A DNA stretch of 64,000 nt from Galbibacter sp. (lineage in GTDB: Bacteria; Bacteroidota; Bacteroidia; Flavobacteriales; Flavobacteriaceae), in the NCBI RefSeq assembly GCF_035306585.1, contig NZ_DATGNU010000051.1, forward strand, positions 556 through 64,555, read 5' to 3'. The notes beneath the pieces were generated by a model, which worked only from the letters and a program-made list of their open reading frames with translations, did no database searches and was not told the DNA's origin. A program made the translations under genes and the position numbers. Each line of letters opens with the position of its first letter. The stretch's first letter is position 1. Below are positions 30,120 to 39,681 of this stretch, piece after piece.

Positions 30120-30818
30120 ATGCAAGAGTTGGATATGAGTAAATGTAGTCAGTGTATTGTGCGGAAATTTAGCGCTTTAAAAACCCTTGATAAATCGGAA
30201 CTAATGTATATGTCCGAGTGCAAAACGGGGCAAACAATTAAGAAAGGTTCCTATATCTTTAATGAAGGTGATCACCTAAAAGGAGTCTATTGTGTTAAGT
30301 CTGGAGTTTGTAAATTAGTTAAATTATCTTCCAATGGCAGAAATCAAATCGTTCGATTTATAAGAAGAGGCGATCTTCTAGGTCAGCGTAGTATTGTTAG
30401 CGATGATGCGGTTAGTTTAAGCGCCATCGCGGTAGAAGATATGCAGGTGTGTTTTATACCTAAGACCGATATTCTAACAGTCTTTAAACAGAATTCCAAT
30501 TTTTCCAATGAGATTATCAATGATATCTGTTACGATCTAAAGTTAGCCAATCATCAAATTGTGCGAATGGCCCATAAAACGGTGCGTGCTCGATTTGCCA
30601 CCATTTTATTAGAATTACAAGAGGAGTTTGGTGAGGATAAGGATAAAAATCTTCGTTTAAAGCTCTCCAGGGAAGAGTATGCGAATCTTGTCGGAACTGC
30701 CACTGAGTCCATGATTCGAATGTTCGCCAATTTCTCCAAGGAAGGACTCATTCAATTGACAGGGAAGAATGTGGGTATCATCGATCAAGTGAAGCTTAAA
30801 CAAATAGCGGAAGAGTAA
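30120..30818 (+). CDS. Crp/Fnr family transcriptional regulator with N-terminal Cys cluster
   Basis: CSQC..., cNMP-binding fold (IFNEGD..GVYCVKSG), HTH LSREEYANLVGTATESMIR; divergent from ccoI. Confidence 0.93.
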   Translation: MQELDMSKCSQCIVRKFSALKTLDKSELMYMSECKTGQTIKKGSYIFNEGDHLKGVYCVKSGVCKLVKLSSNGRNQIVRFIRRGDLLGQRSIVSDDAVSLSAIAVEDMQVCFIPKTDILTVFKQNSNFSNEIINDICYDLKLANHQIVRMAHKTVRARFATILLELQEEFGEDKDKNLRLKLSREEYANLVGTATESMIRMFANFSKEGLIQLTGKNVGIIDQVKLKQIAEE

Positions 30819-30837
30819 GCCGCCAATAAAATGTGGG

Positions 30838-31314
30838 TTAGTTGTGATTATCTAATATGTTAATTACCTCCGTAAGGTTTTGCATTCTAGCATGATCTAA
30901 GGCTGTTAATCCATTGGCATCTTTTAATGATGGATCGGCATTATTTGAAAGTAGTAATTCTACGATAGCTGTCTTTCCAAAGGTTGCTGCATAAATCAAG
31001 GCGGTACCTTTATTTCCGTTGGCTAAGTTGACATCCGCGCCATGTTCGATCAATAATTTTGCAATATCTGTATACCCTTTAAAGCACACTCCCATCAGAG
31101 CAGTATTGCCCGAGGCATCCTTTATATTGACATCTGGTTCAAAGCTTAATATGGTTTGTGTAACCTCCTTGTGTCCGTAATAAGTTGCTAGAAGTAAAGG
31201 GGTTGATCCTCTAGCATCTTTAAGGTTGGTAAGTGTTGGAATTTCATGTAAAAATGCAGAAACCCTAGCGACGTCTCCAGTTCGAATGGCTTCAAAAAAT
31301 TCTTCTGTTTTCAT
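30838..31314 (-). CDS. Ankyrin repeat protein
   Basis: Repeats GSTPLLLATYYG, GNTALMGVCFKG, GTALIYAATFG, GLTALDHA. Confidence 0.93.
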   Translation of the reverse strand: MKTEEFFEAIRTGDVARVSAFLHEIPTLTNLKDARGSTPLLLATYYGHKEVTQTILSFEPDVNIKDASGNTALMGVCFKGYTDIAKLLIEHGADVNLANGNKGTALIYAATFGKTAIVELLLSNNADPSLKDANGLTALDHARMQNLTEVINILDNHN

Positions 31315-31693
31315 AAAGGGTTGCAGTATTGTTTTTTAAAATTTTTAACTTTCAACTCAAAAATACAACTTTTGCCTAAATCTTTTAGGGATTTTAATCT
31401 TTGAAAGTTCAATCTTCACATTATCTTAGTATACTAAAGCCCACGAAAAGTAGTAAAACCAGGCAGAGTACTTCTGTGAATTTAAAATAATCGGAAAATA
31501 AATAGTTAGTTTTAAAATAAAGACGTTACTTTGCAGCAGTGTTATGAAGCCTAATAAAATTTGGTGTTATTTATCCATCCGATATTTTTCAGTTCATCTT
31601 TTTTGACTTTATTCCATAGATATCTTAGACAACTTCTCTTTTGATAGTTGTTTAATGGGTATCGAGTTTTATACATTTTTTAAATATTTTAAT

Positions 31694-31888
31694 ATGAAAG
31701 AAGGAACAGTTAAGTTCTTCAACAGAACAAAAGGGTTTGGATTTATCACCACAGAAGACACTAAAGAAGATATCTTTGTACATGAAACTGGTTTGATAGA
31801 TAACATCAACGAAAACGACCGCGTTAAATTTGATACCGAAAGAGGTAGAAAAGGAATGAACGCTGTAAACGTTGAAGTAATAGACTAA
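31694..31888 (+). CDS. Cold-shock protein (CspA family)
   Basis: GTVKFFN..KGFGFI (RNP1), DIFVH (RNP2), GRKGMNAVNV; ATG at 31694. Confidence 0.96.
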   Translation: MKEGTVKFFNRTKGFGFITTEDTKEDIFVHETGLIDNINENDRVKFDTERGRKGMNAVNVEVID

Positions 31889-31900
31889 GACAAAAAAATG

Positions 31901-31930
31901 AAAACCATCTACAAAATAGATGGTTTTTTT
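31901..31930 (+). terminator. Intrinsic terminator between csp and rpsU
   Basis: AAAACCATCTA-CAAAA-TAGATGGTTTT hairpin ending in a run of 7 T. Confidence 0.8.
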
Positions 31931-31947
31931 AATCTCAAATATATAAT

Positions 31948-32142
31948 ATGCTGATAATACCCATTAAAGAAGGCGAAAATATTGATCGTGCCTTGAAACG
32001 TTACAAACAAAAATACCGTAAAACACAACAGCTTAGAAATCTACGTGACAATCAACAATTTACTAAGAAGTCACAAGAGCGTAGAGTGCAGATTGCTAAA
32101 GCAATTTACAAGCAAGAATACCAAAGAAAGCTAGAGGAATAA
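31948..32142 (+). CDS. rpsU: 30S ribosomal protein bS21 (probable paralog)
   Basis: MLIIPIKEGENIDRALKRYK N-terminus typical of Bacteroidota bS21. Confidence 0.93.
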   Translation: MLIIPIKEGENIDRALKRYKQKYRKTQQLRNLRDNQQFTKKSQERRVQIAKAIYKQEYQRKLEE

Positions 32143-32170
32143 TCATCTAGCTTTTTTATTTAACTATTTT

Positions 32171-32977
32171 CTAGTCTTTATTTACAATCACATCAATGGC
32201 CACCACCAAACCTTCATTAGATCTGACGTTAAATACGGTTTGGTCTTCGAAGATTAAGTATTGTCCCTTAATTCCCTTTAAGACGCCTTGATATTCTGGT
32301 GTTTTAAGAAGGTTTAAGCTTTTAGGTTTCACGGGGTAGGCCTCTACTGGAAACTCAATATTGGTCTCTGAATTATCTTCTATAAAATAGGGTTTTACTT
32401 CCTCTGGCAAATAGTTCTTTAATGCAGCCCCATAAGCCTTTAGATCCTCATCTTTGATGTCGTTTTGAAGCATTTTTCGCCAGTTGGTTTTATCCGATAC
32501 ATGTTCCTTTAACGCAACCTCTGCAATACCAGCGAGATATCTATTAGGTGTTTCAAGAATTTCTAATGCTTCATGAGCACCCTGGTCGATCCATCGCGTA
32601 GGGATTTGATTTTTTCGAGTTACACCGACTTTGATGCTACTGGAATTTGCTAGATATACGATATGTGGCTGTAATTGCATTTCTTTTTCATAAGCTAAAT
32701 CCCGGTCCTCTATTTCTAAATGTGCTTGACTTAATTCAGGGCGTATGATCCAGTCTGCGGCTTTAGGAGTTTCAAAAAAGCAACTTCTGCAAAACCCTTG
32801 TCTGTAAATAGGCTTATCGTTATGGCAACTCAAGCACGCAAATCTCAAAAATTTTATGCGGATGGTTTTATTGAGCAGTTGATTGAAATGAATATAGTTG
32901 GTGTCCAAAACTAAGTAGTAACTAACGGGTTTGGTATTTTCTGTGCGCATTTTGGTCAGTACACCTTCGAACATCAT
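32171..32977 (-). CDS. DUF2797-type conserved protein
   Basis: CxxC...QGFCxxC, HIVYLA, KVGVTR..QIPTRWIDQGA, GIKGQYL; ATG at 32977 preferred. Confidence 0.8.
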   Translation of the reverse strand: MMFEGVLTKMRTENTKPVSYYLVLDTNYIHFNQLLNKTIRIKFLRFACLSCHNDKPIYRQGFCRSCFFETPKAADWIIRPELSQAHLEIEDRDLAYEKEMQLQPHIVYLANSSSIKVGVTRKNQIPTRWIDQGAHEALEILETPNRYLAGIAEVALKEHVSDKTNWRKMLQNDIKDEDLKAYGAALKNYLPEEVKPYFIEDNSETNIEFPVEAYPVKPKSLNLLKTPEYQGVLKGIKGQYLIFEDQTVFNVRSNEGLVVAIDVIVNKD

Positions 32978-33015
32978 AAAAGTTTTTGCTATTTTTAGCA
33001 AATATAAATCAAAAT

Positions 33016-34536
33016 ATGTCATTTCCACTAATTAACTCTATTGCTTCCTGGTTTCTAAAGAAGCGGTTCCATCAGATGGAATTGTTCTTAAAATATCCTG
33101 CTGAGGTGCAGACTGAAGTGCTGAACCATTTACTGAGTAGATCCAGCGATACAGAGCTTGGAAAACAATACGGATTCTCGGAAATCAGCTCCTATAAAAC
33201 CTTCACCGAACGTGTGCCCATTGTTCGCTATGAAGATATTGAGCCTATGATTGAGCGTTCCAGAAAAGGGGAGTCGAATATCTTTTGGCCCACACCTATT
33301 AAATGGTTTGCTAAAAGTAGCGGAACCACCAACGCGAAGAGTAAGTTTATACCAGTAAGTACAGAGTCCCTTGAGGATTGTCACTTTAAGGCCGGTAAAG
33401 ACATGTTATCCCTTTATTTTAATAATAATGAGGAATCTAAACTTTTTGATGGGAAGAGTTTACGTTTGGGAGGAAGTAAGGAGCTTTATCAAAGCAACCA
33501 AACTTTTTTTGGTGATTTATCGGCCATTATCATTGATAATATGCCGTTTTGGGCGGAAATGAGTAGTACTCCCAGTAATAAGGTTTCTTTGATGAGTGAG
33601 TGGGAGAACAAGCTTTCCGCTATAGTTCAAGAAACCGTAGGGGAAAATGTCACCAGTTTGGCTGGTGTTCCTTCCTGGATGCTTGTGCTTTTAAACAAAG
33701 TCTTAGAAGATACAGGGAAGTCTAATTTATTTGAGATCTGGGAAAACCTTGAAGTTTACTTTCACGGAGGGGTGAGTTTTCATCCTTATAAAGAACAATA
33801 CCAGCGTATATTACCGCGTCAAAGTTTCCGGTATTACGAAATATACAATGCATCTGAAGGTTTCTTTGCAATTCAAGATAGAAACGATTCGGATGAGTTG
33901 TTACTGATGTTGGATTATGGAATTTTCTTTGAGTTCATTCCTATGGACACCTATGGTACTCCAAATGAAAAAGTATTGCCCATATGGGAGGTGACTTTAG
34001 ATACCAATTATGCCATCGTAATTACGACCAATGCTGGATTATGGCGTTATCTTATTGGGGACACTGTCAGATTTACCTCCAAGGATCCTTACAGAATAAA
34101 AGTCACTGGACGAACAAAACACCATATCAATGTTTTCGGTGAAGAATTAATTATTGAGAATGCCGAAGAAGCTTTAAAAAGAACTTGTAAGGCAACAGGA
34201 GCCGAGATTGTTGATTATACAGCTGGGCCAGTATTTATGGAAGGAAAGGACAAAGGAGGTCATGAGTGGATCATCGAATTTAGAAAAATGCCGGAGTCCT
34301 TGGATAACTTCCGCAAGGAAATGGATCTTGCGCTACAGGCAGTGAATTCGGATTACGAGGCCAAGCGCTATAACAATATGACTTTGAATCCACCAATCCT
34401 ACACGTAGGCAGAAAAGATTTGTTTTATGACTGGTTAAAGAAATACGATAAGCTAGGAGGACAACATAAAATTCCTAGGCTCTCCAGTAATAGGCATTAC
34501 TTAGAGGAGTTACTAAAAATGAACAACGAAAATTAA
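33016..34536 (+). CDS. GH3 auxin-responsive family (adenylate-forming) protein
   Basis: FAKSSGTT..KSKFIP, GVPSW, YNASEGF, GLWRYLIGD, GGQHKIPRL; ATG at 33016 preferred. Confidence 0.9.
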   Translation: MSFPLINSIASWFLKKRFHQMELFLKYPAEVQTEVLNHLLSRSSDTELGKQYGFSEISSYKTFTERVPIVRYEDIEPMIERSRKGESNIFWPTPIKWFAKSSGTTNAKSKFIPVSTESLEDCHFKAGKDMLSLYFNNNEESKLFDGKSLRLGGSKELYQSNQTFFGDLSAIIIDNMPFWAEMSSTPSNKVSLMSEWENKLSAIVQETVGENVTSLAGVPSWMLVLLNKVLEDTGKSNLFEIWENLEVYFHGGVSFHPYKEQYQRILPRQSFRYYEIYNASEGFFAIQDRNDSDELLLMLDYGIFFEFIPMDTYGTPNEKVLPIWEVTLDTNYAIVITTNAGLWRYLIGDTVRFTSKDPYRIKVTGRTKHHINVFGEELIIENAEEALKRTCKATGAEIVDYTAGPVFMEGKDKGGHEWIIEFRKMPESLDNFRKEMDLALQAVNSDYEAKRYNNMTLNPPILHVGRKDLFYDWLKKYDKLGGQHKIPRLSSNRHYLEELLKMNNEN

Positions 34537-34561
34537 TACGGCCTTCTATTAGCAAGTATCT

Positions 34562-35275
34562 TTATTTTAAGTCAGGGTTGATCCCTAACACATTTTCTTC
34601 AATATAAGTATTGATAAATTCAGTCGTCATATGGTTTTTTCCAAGAAGGTCTTCCGATTTAATGATATGGGCAATATCTAATTTTCGATAAGCCTCTAAC
34701 ATGGGTTTGGAGATAGGTTTATAACTATAATGCCATGGTTCGTAATAAAAACCTTTTCGATCTGGGTTGTCAGTGTAAACTAGATAGAACCCAAACTTCT
34801 GAGCGTTTTCATCCATCCATTCTTTGAGTTTGCAAAACGGGCCATCTCCTTCATATTTTTCGGGAACCAACACATTACCACTATAAGTTGCTGCAGCATC
34901 GATAATATCGATATCAGTTCCCCAGTGGTGTCTAGAGGTTCCAGGGTAGGTAGAATACTCAATGATTTTGTCCATAGCTTCCACGGGACTCATTCCTTGA
35001 GCAGTATAAGCCTTGTATTTTCGATTCCATATGGATTTTTGCCTAGAAAAATCGCGATGTCCTGAGACTACTTGAATTTCAATCCCTTGTTTTTCGGCCT
35101 CAGCTTTCATTTTTATAAAGGCATCGTAGGCTTGTTTTTGTAAACCAATTCCATCACCAAATAGGGCTAGGGAAGTTTTACCTGTTAAGACCTCAATAGA
35201 GTAGTTTTCTTGTGCTAGGCATGACATATGACTAATGACTAGGCAGAAAATAAAAAATAGAAAAGATGTTTTCAA
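34562..35275 (-). CDS. M15 family D-Ala-D-Ala carboxypeptidase (VanY-like)
   Basis: Signal peptide, VSGHR, PGTSRHHWGTDID, YEPWHYSY. Confidence 0.9.
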   Translation of the reverse strand: MKTSFLFFIFCLVISHMSCLAQENYSIEVLTGKTSLALFGDGIGLQKQAYDAFIKMKAEAEKQGIEIQVVSGHRDFSRQKSIWNRKYKAYTAQGMSPVEAMDKIIEYSTYPGTSRHHWGTDIDIIDAAATYSGNVLVPEKYEGDGPFCKLKEWMDENAQKFGFYLVYTDNPDRKGFYYEPWHYSYKPISKPMLEAYRKLDIAHIIKSEDLLGKNHMTTEFINTYIEENVLGINPDLK

Positions 35276-35558
35276 AATAATTGATGTTGTTTGAGATAAA
35301 GATACAATTTATAAGTGGACTGAAGTTGATGGTTAAGGAGAGTTTACTTCGAAATGGATAGTTTCTACAACCCCTTTAGATGGAAATACTTCGAGGCAAA
35401 AAAAGAATACTAAACTTTTTATGATACCTTTGTGAAGGTCATAATAATTACATTTCTATACTAGAATCGCAAGCAGTAGAAGCCAGTTGGTAAGAATGGA
35501 GCTTTGGTTCTAAAAGCAACCAATAGTTCATCAGAAGAGTTTAAACCAATTAGAGAAT

Positions 35559-36824
35559 ATGGAATTTAAAAATACAAGAGAATTTGCCCAAATGCTCGAT
35601 ACCAAGGATGTTTTACGTTCCTATAAAAAGCAGTTTATATTTCCACAGTTCAATAATAAAGACGTGTTGTATTTTACAGGGAATTCCTTAGGGCTTCAGC
35701 CAAAAAGAACCCGTGGTTTTCTCGATGAGATATTAAATGACTGGGGAACTTTAGCGGTAGAAGGTCATTTCTATGCAGAAAAACCGTGGTGGGATTATCA
35801 CCAACGTTTAGCAGCGCCTTTAGCTAAAGTGGTCGGTGCAAAACCCAGTGAGGTTACTGTCATGAATACCTTAACGGTCAACCTTCATTTACTGATGGTA
35901 AGCTTTTACAATCCCACAAAAAACCGTTATAAAATCTTATGTGAAGAAAAAGCTTTTCCGTCGGATCAGTATATGTTTTTGAGTCAACTTCGAACACATG
36001 GACTTGATCCTAACGATGCCCTTATTGAATTAAAAAAACGGCCAGGAGAAAACCACTGGAGAACTTCTGATATTATAGAAAAGATCAAGTTACACAAGGA
36101 TGAATTGGCCCTGGTGCTTATCGGAGGTGTTAATTATTATAACGGTCAGGTATTCGATATAAAAACAATTACACAGGCAGCAAAACAAACAGGTGCTATG
36201 GTTGGCTGGGATCTTGCTCATGCCGCTGGTAACATCCCTCTTGAGCTGCATAACTGGGAAGTAGATTTTGCGGCGTGGTGCAGCTATAAATATATGAATA
36301 GTGGCCCTGGGAATGCCTCTGGAGTGTTCATTAATGAAAAGTATCACAATCGTAAAGATATTCCACGTTTCGAAGGCTGGTGGGGTACTAAAAAAGAAAC
36401 GCGGTTTCAGATGAAGCCAGAATTTGAGCCGATGGAAAATGCAGATGCATGGCAGATTAGTAATTCTGCTGTGATGACCATGGCACCGTATTTAGCTTCC
36501 TTAGAAATGTTCGAAAAGGTAGGTATGCAAGCCTTACATACTAAAAGCAAAACACTAACAGCATACCTAGAATTCATATTGGATGACATAAATATAAAGA
36601 GTAATCAGAAAAAGGCCATAGAGATTATTACCCCAAAAGATCGTGGGTGTCAGCTCTCTTTATTTGTACATGGTAAAGGAAGAGAATTATTTGATTATTT
36701 AATGGAAAACGGAGTCATTGTGGATTGGCGAGAGCCCAATGTGATTCGCTTGGCTCCTGTTCCCTTTTATAATTCCTTTGAGGATTTATATGAATTCGGT
36801 CAAATTTTGAAAGCTGGAATTTAA
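35559..36824 (+). CDS. kynU: Kynureninase
   Basis: YFTGNSLGLQP, MNTLTVNLH, AFPSDQY, WDLAHAAGN, WCSYKYMNSGPG, DWREPNVIR. Confidence 0.96.
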   Translation: MEFKNTREFAQMLDTKDVLRSYKKQFIFPQFNNKDVLYFTGNSLGLQPKRTRGFLDEILNDWGTLAVEGHFYAEKPWWDYHQRLAAPLAKVVGAKPSEVTVMNTLTVNLHLLMVSFYNPTKNRYKILCEEKAFPSDQYMFLSQLRTHGLDPNDALIELKKRPGENHWRTSDIIEKIKLHKDELALVLIGGVNYYNGQVFDIKTITQAAKQTGAMVGWDLAHAAGNIPLELHNWEVDFAAWCSYKYMNSGPGNASGVFINEKYHNRKDIPRFEGWWGTKKETRFQMKPEFEPMENADAWQISNSAVMTMAPYLASLEMFEKVGMQALHTKSKTLTAYLEFILDDINIKSNQKKAIEIITPKDRGCQLSLFVHGKGRELFDYLMENGVIVDWREPNVIRLAPVPFYNSFEDLYEFGQILKAGI

Positions 36825-36845
36825 AGTCATTGCGTTTTATAGACG

Positions 36846-36904
36846 AAGGGTTGTACTGCTTGGTCACTTATTTATTAAAAAATTGCCATTGCAGTACAAC
36901 CCTT
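36846..36904. terminator. Inverted repeat between convergent kynU and pirin genes
   Basis: AAGGGTTGTACTGC...GCAGTACAACCCTT, 14-bp perfect arms. Confidence 0.65.
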
Positions 36905-36922
36905 ATCACTATTAACGAAAAA

Positions 36923-37636
36923 TTAAAAACGCATCGGAACTTCCATAATTAATATTTTCGAATTGGTGTCAGCTTTAACATCGATGGTATCGACCTGATA
37001 AACCCCTAGACCATCTCGTCGGTTGAGTTCTTGTTCGTTTACACTTGCATCTCCTTCAATAACAAAAGCATAGACGCCATTGGTTGGGTCATGTAGTGTA
37101 TATTGTATGCTCTTACCCTTATCGAGTTCTGTGATGTTAAACCAAGCATCTTGATTGATAGTAACTCCCGCATCCTCTCTATTAGGAGAAACAATTTGCT
37201 GAAGTTTATTTTTTCGATCCTCCAACTTCATACTGATTTGACTGTAGGTTGGATCAATATTTCTTTTCTTGGGAAGGATCCAGATTTGAAGTAGGTGAAC
37301 TTCTTTATCCTCATTTTTGTTATATTCACTGTGAAACACACCAGTCCCTGCACTCATGGATTGAATATCACCTTCTTTGATAACCTCTTTGTTACCCATG
37401 CTATCTTCATGCTCAAGATCTCCATAGAGTGGTATTGAAATGATCTCCATATTTTCATGAGGGTGCTTTCCAAAACCTCTTCCACCTGCAATTACATCAT
37501 CATTAAGAACTCTTAAGACACCAAAATTCATTCGATCGGGATCATAATAGTTTGCAAAGCTAAAAGTGTGATGAGAATCTAACCATCCATGATTTGCGTG
37601 ACCTCTAGAATCTGCTTTGTGTAAAACTGTTTTCAT
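36923..37636 (-). CDS. Pirin family protein (YhhW-like)
   Basis: RGHANHGWLDSHHTFSF, LRVLNDD, HPHENMEI, MSAGTGVFHSEYN, LQIW. Confidence 0.95.
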   Translation of the reverse strand: MKTVLHKADSRGHANHGWLDSHHTFSFANYYDPDRMNFGVLRVLNDDVIAGGRGFGKHPHENMEIISIPLYGDLEHEDSMGNKEVIKEGDIQSMSAGTGVFHSEYNKNEDKEVHLLQIWILPKKRNIDPTYSQISMKLEDRKNKLQQIVSPNREDAGVTINQDAWFNITELDKGKSIQYTLHDPTNGVYAFVIEGDASVNEQELNRRDGLGVYQVDTIDVKADTNSKILIMEVPMRF

Positions 37637-37726
37637 GATTTTTTTATTTAACTATTTTAGACGTAGAAACCTTAGATATCTTACACTTGGCAAACCCAGG
37701 AAAAATGAATTCACTGGAGCGGAATC

Positions 37727-38386
37727 TTACCCTGATACATTGACTTTAATACCCGTAAAATACAGTTTAAACACCCCATTATCATTCTGGTGCATGGTGG
37801 CTATTTTTAAACCTTCGAAGTCTTTATAGTTTTCCCAAGTAGTGATCATACAATTGGAAGTAGAGTTGCCTTCTCTATAAACCCATTCCTTCACCATGTT
37901 GTTCTTATCAACATAGAAGTCATAGGCATCTCCTGGGGTATATCCACCCTGATTTTCATATACGATGGTTAGTTTTTGTAGGCTGTCCTGGCTAAGAGGT
38001 GCTATAGCCATCACAGGTTCCTTGAAAGATTTATGATCATCCCAAAGGAGTTTATAAGGAGCAAGTAACCAATAGACATCATTTATAAAGTTCTTGTCTG
38101 CGGCTAACTCTTGATCACTTAAAATACGATCGCGATTAAAATCCAGCCGCTTACCATCTTTAATTAGCGTTACCTCATTTTTCTTGGGACGCCATTCCCA
38201 ACTTCGTTCGAAGTGTGTAGTATCGCGATCTACGTTAAAAGTGAATTGGATTTCCTCTACGTTATTCCAATGCTCAATTCCATGAGCATAGGCAACTTTT
38301 TCTAATGCATTAAGAGGCTTTTTCTCTTCTTTTTTTTGACAGCTAATTACTAGAAGAGCACATAATAGTAGGTGAAATGATTTCAT
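37727..38386 (-). CDS. Hypothetical lipoprotein
   Basis: Lipobox VISC; FINDVYWLLAPYKL, GGYTPGDAYD; ATG at 38386 preferred. Confidence 0.75.
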   Translation of the reverse strand: MKSFHLLLCALLVISCQKKEEKKPLNALEKVAYAHGIEHWNNVEEIQFTFNVDRDTTHFERSWEWRPKKNEVTLIKDGKRLDFNRDRILSDQELAADKNFINDVYWLLAPYKLLWDDHKSFKEPVMAIAPLSQDSLQKLTIVYENQGGYTPGDAYDFYVDKNNMVKEWVYREGNSTSNCMITTWENYKDFEGLKIATMHQNDNGVFKLYFTGIKVNVSG

Positions 38387-38409
38387 AATTAAAATATTGA
38401 ACAATTAGA

Positions 38410-38530
38410 CAAGGGCATGTTTATATTGATCCAACCTAGGTAATTCATAATTTGAGCGGTTTGTACCATTATCCTATGTGATTTACCGAGTGGTGTGCCC
38501 GACAACATTCAGGTTGAAGGGATGCGTTTC
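38410..38530 (-). ncRNA. Candidate structured RNA (pseudoknotted leader or ncRNA), family unassigned
   Basis: Nested and crossing complementary segments found by eye (see findings). Confidence 0.35.
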
Positions 38531-38690
38531 TACTACAATAATACGAAAAAATCAGTTAGCGTTTATAGTGTTCAACTGTAATAAGAGATTAAAAATTTCA
38601 AATGGAATGCCTCACAGAGAGTAGATAGGGAAAGTCAATTTATGAAATTAAGTTTTTGTAAACCAAAAATATATAGTTAACTTTAACTAG

Positions 38691-38787
38691 AAACTGTTGG
38701 TTGTTTCCCGATAGGATAGCAACCGACTTGGGGTAGTTTTGGGAAGCTAAGAGTAGGTTGAAATAAGACGTACTTTTAGCTTCTTTT
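38691..38787 (+). ncRNA. Candidate small RNA with own promoter and terminator
   Basis: TTTG-N19-TAACTTTA promoter, 5' hairpin, G-rich linker, terminator with T4. Confidence 0.4.
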
Positions 38788-38795
38788 ACGCCTTG

Positions 38796-39410
38796 TTAAA
38801 AAAGACCGTTAATCTCAGCGTCTATTTTATTTATGATCTCTCCAAGATCTTCTGGATTATCTACAAAGTTGTAATTGTCGACATCTACGATAAGCATTTT
38901 TCCACGGTCATAGGTATGTATAAATGCTTCATAGCGTTCATTTAACCTGCTTAAATAGTCTATCGAAATAGAGTTTTCATATTCGCGACCTCTCTTGTGG
39001 ATTTGATTCACCAGGTTAGGAATTGAACTTCGTAAATAGATCATAAGGTCAGGGGATTGTACCAAACTTTCCATCAACTCAAAAAGCGAGGTGTAGTTTT
39101 CATAATCTCTATTGGTCATTAGACCCATTGAATGAAGGTTGGGTGCAAAGATATATGCGTCCTCGTATATGGTTCGATCTTGGATTATTTTTTTTCCACT
39201 TTTACGAATCTCTAAAATTTGCCGAAATCGACTGTTTAAGAAATAGATCTGAAGGTTAAAACTCCAGCGCTCCATTTGGGTATAAAAATCATCCAAATAT
39301 GGGTTGTCCACCACATCTTCGTATTGAGGTTCCCATTTGAAGTGTTTGGCAAGCAGCCTAGTGAGGGTTGTCTTTCCCGCGCCTATATTCCCAGCGATTG
39401 CAACATGCAT
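38796..39410 (-). CDS. Deoxynucleoside kinase
   Basis: AIAGNIGAGKTT, NPYLDDFY, FNLQIYFL..RF, QDRTIYED, RGREYE. Confidence 0.93.
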   Translation of the reverse strand: MHVAIAGNIGAGKTTLTRLLAKHFKWEPQYEDVVDNPYLDDFYTQMERWSFNLQIYFLNSRFRQILEIRKSGKKIIQDRTIYEDAYIFAPNLHSMGLMTNRDYENYTSLFELMESLVQSPDLMIYLRSSIPNLVNQIHKRGREYENSISIDYLSRLNERYEAFIHTYDRGKMLIVDVDNYNFVDNPEDLGEIINKIDAEINGLF

Positions 39411-39681
39411 ATCAAAATCGTTTAAGTGAAACTAATATCCAGGGGTAAATATACAAGTTATAGCCTTTGTAATAAAAATTAATTTAGAGGAAGCTTTTTT
39501 AGGGGTTTTCCCAGTTGATTTCAAAAGAAGAAAAGGGGATGCAATCTCCAAGGAGAAAGCATTATAATTAACCATTGTATTTAAGAAATTTACCCATTTC
39601 TTTTTTTTTCCAAGCCTAATGGTGAAAAAAGTATCGAAAGGTTTTTCAATTTAAATCTAATGTGTACCTTTGTCCACAGAA

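Noticed and set aside
38440-38480. Fluoride riboswitch resemblance (GGATAATGGT...AACCGCT)
   Set aside because: Missing the P1 stem and the GCTGATGAC..CT 3' element; no fluoride exporter nearby
38500-38530. TPP riboswitch (CCCTTCAACCTGA resembles part of the consensus)
   Set aside because: Lacks the CTGAGA segment and the closing AGGGA strand; downstream gene is not recognisably thiamine related
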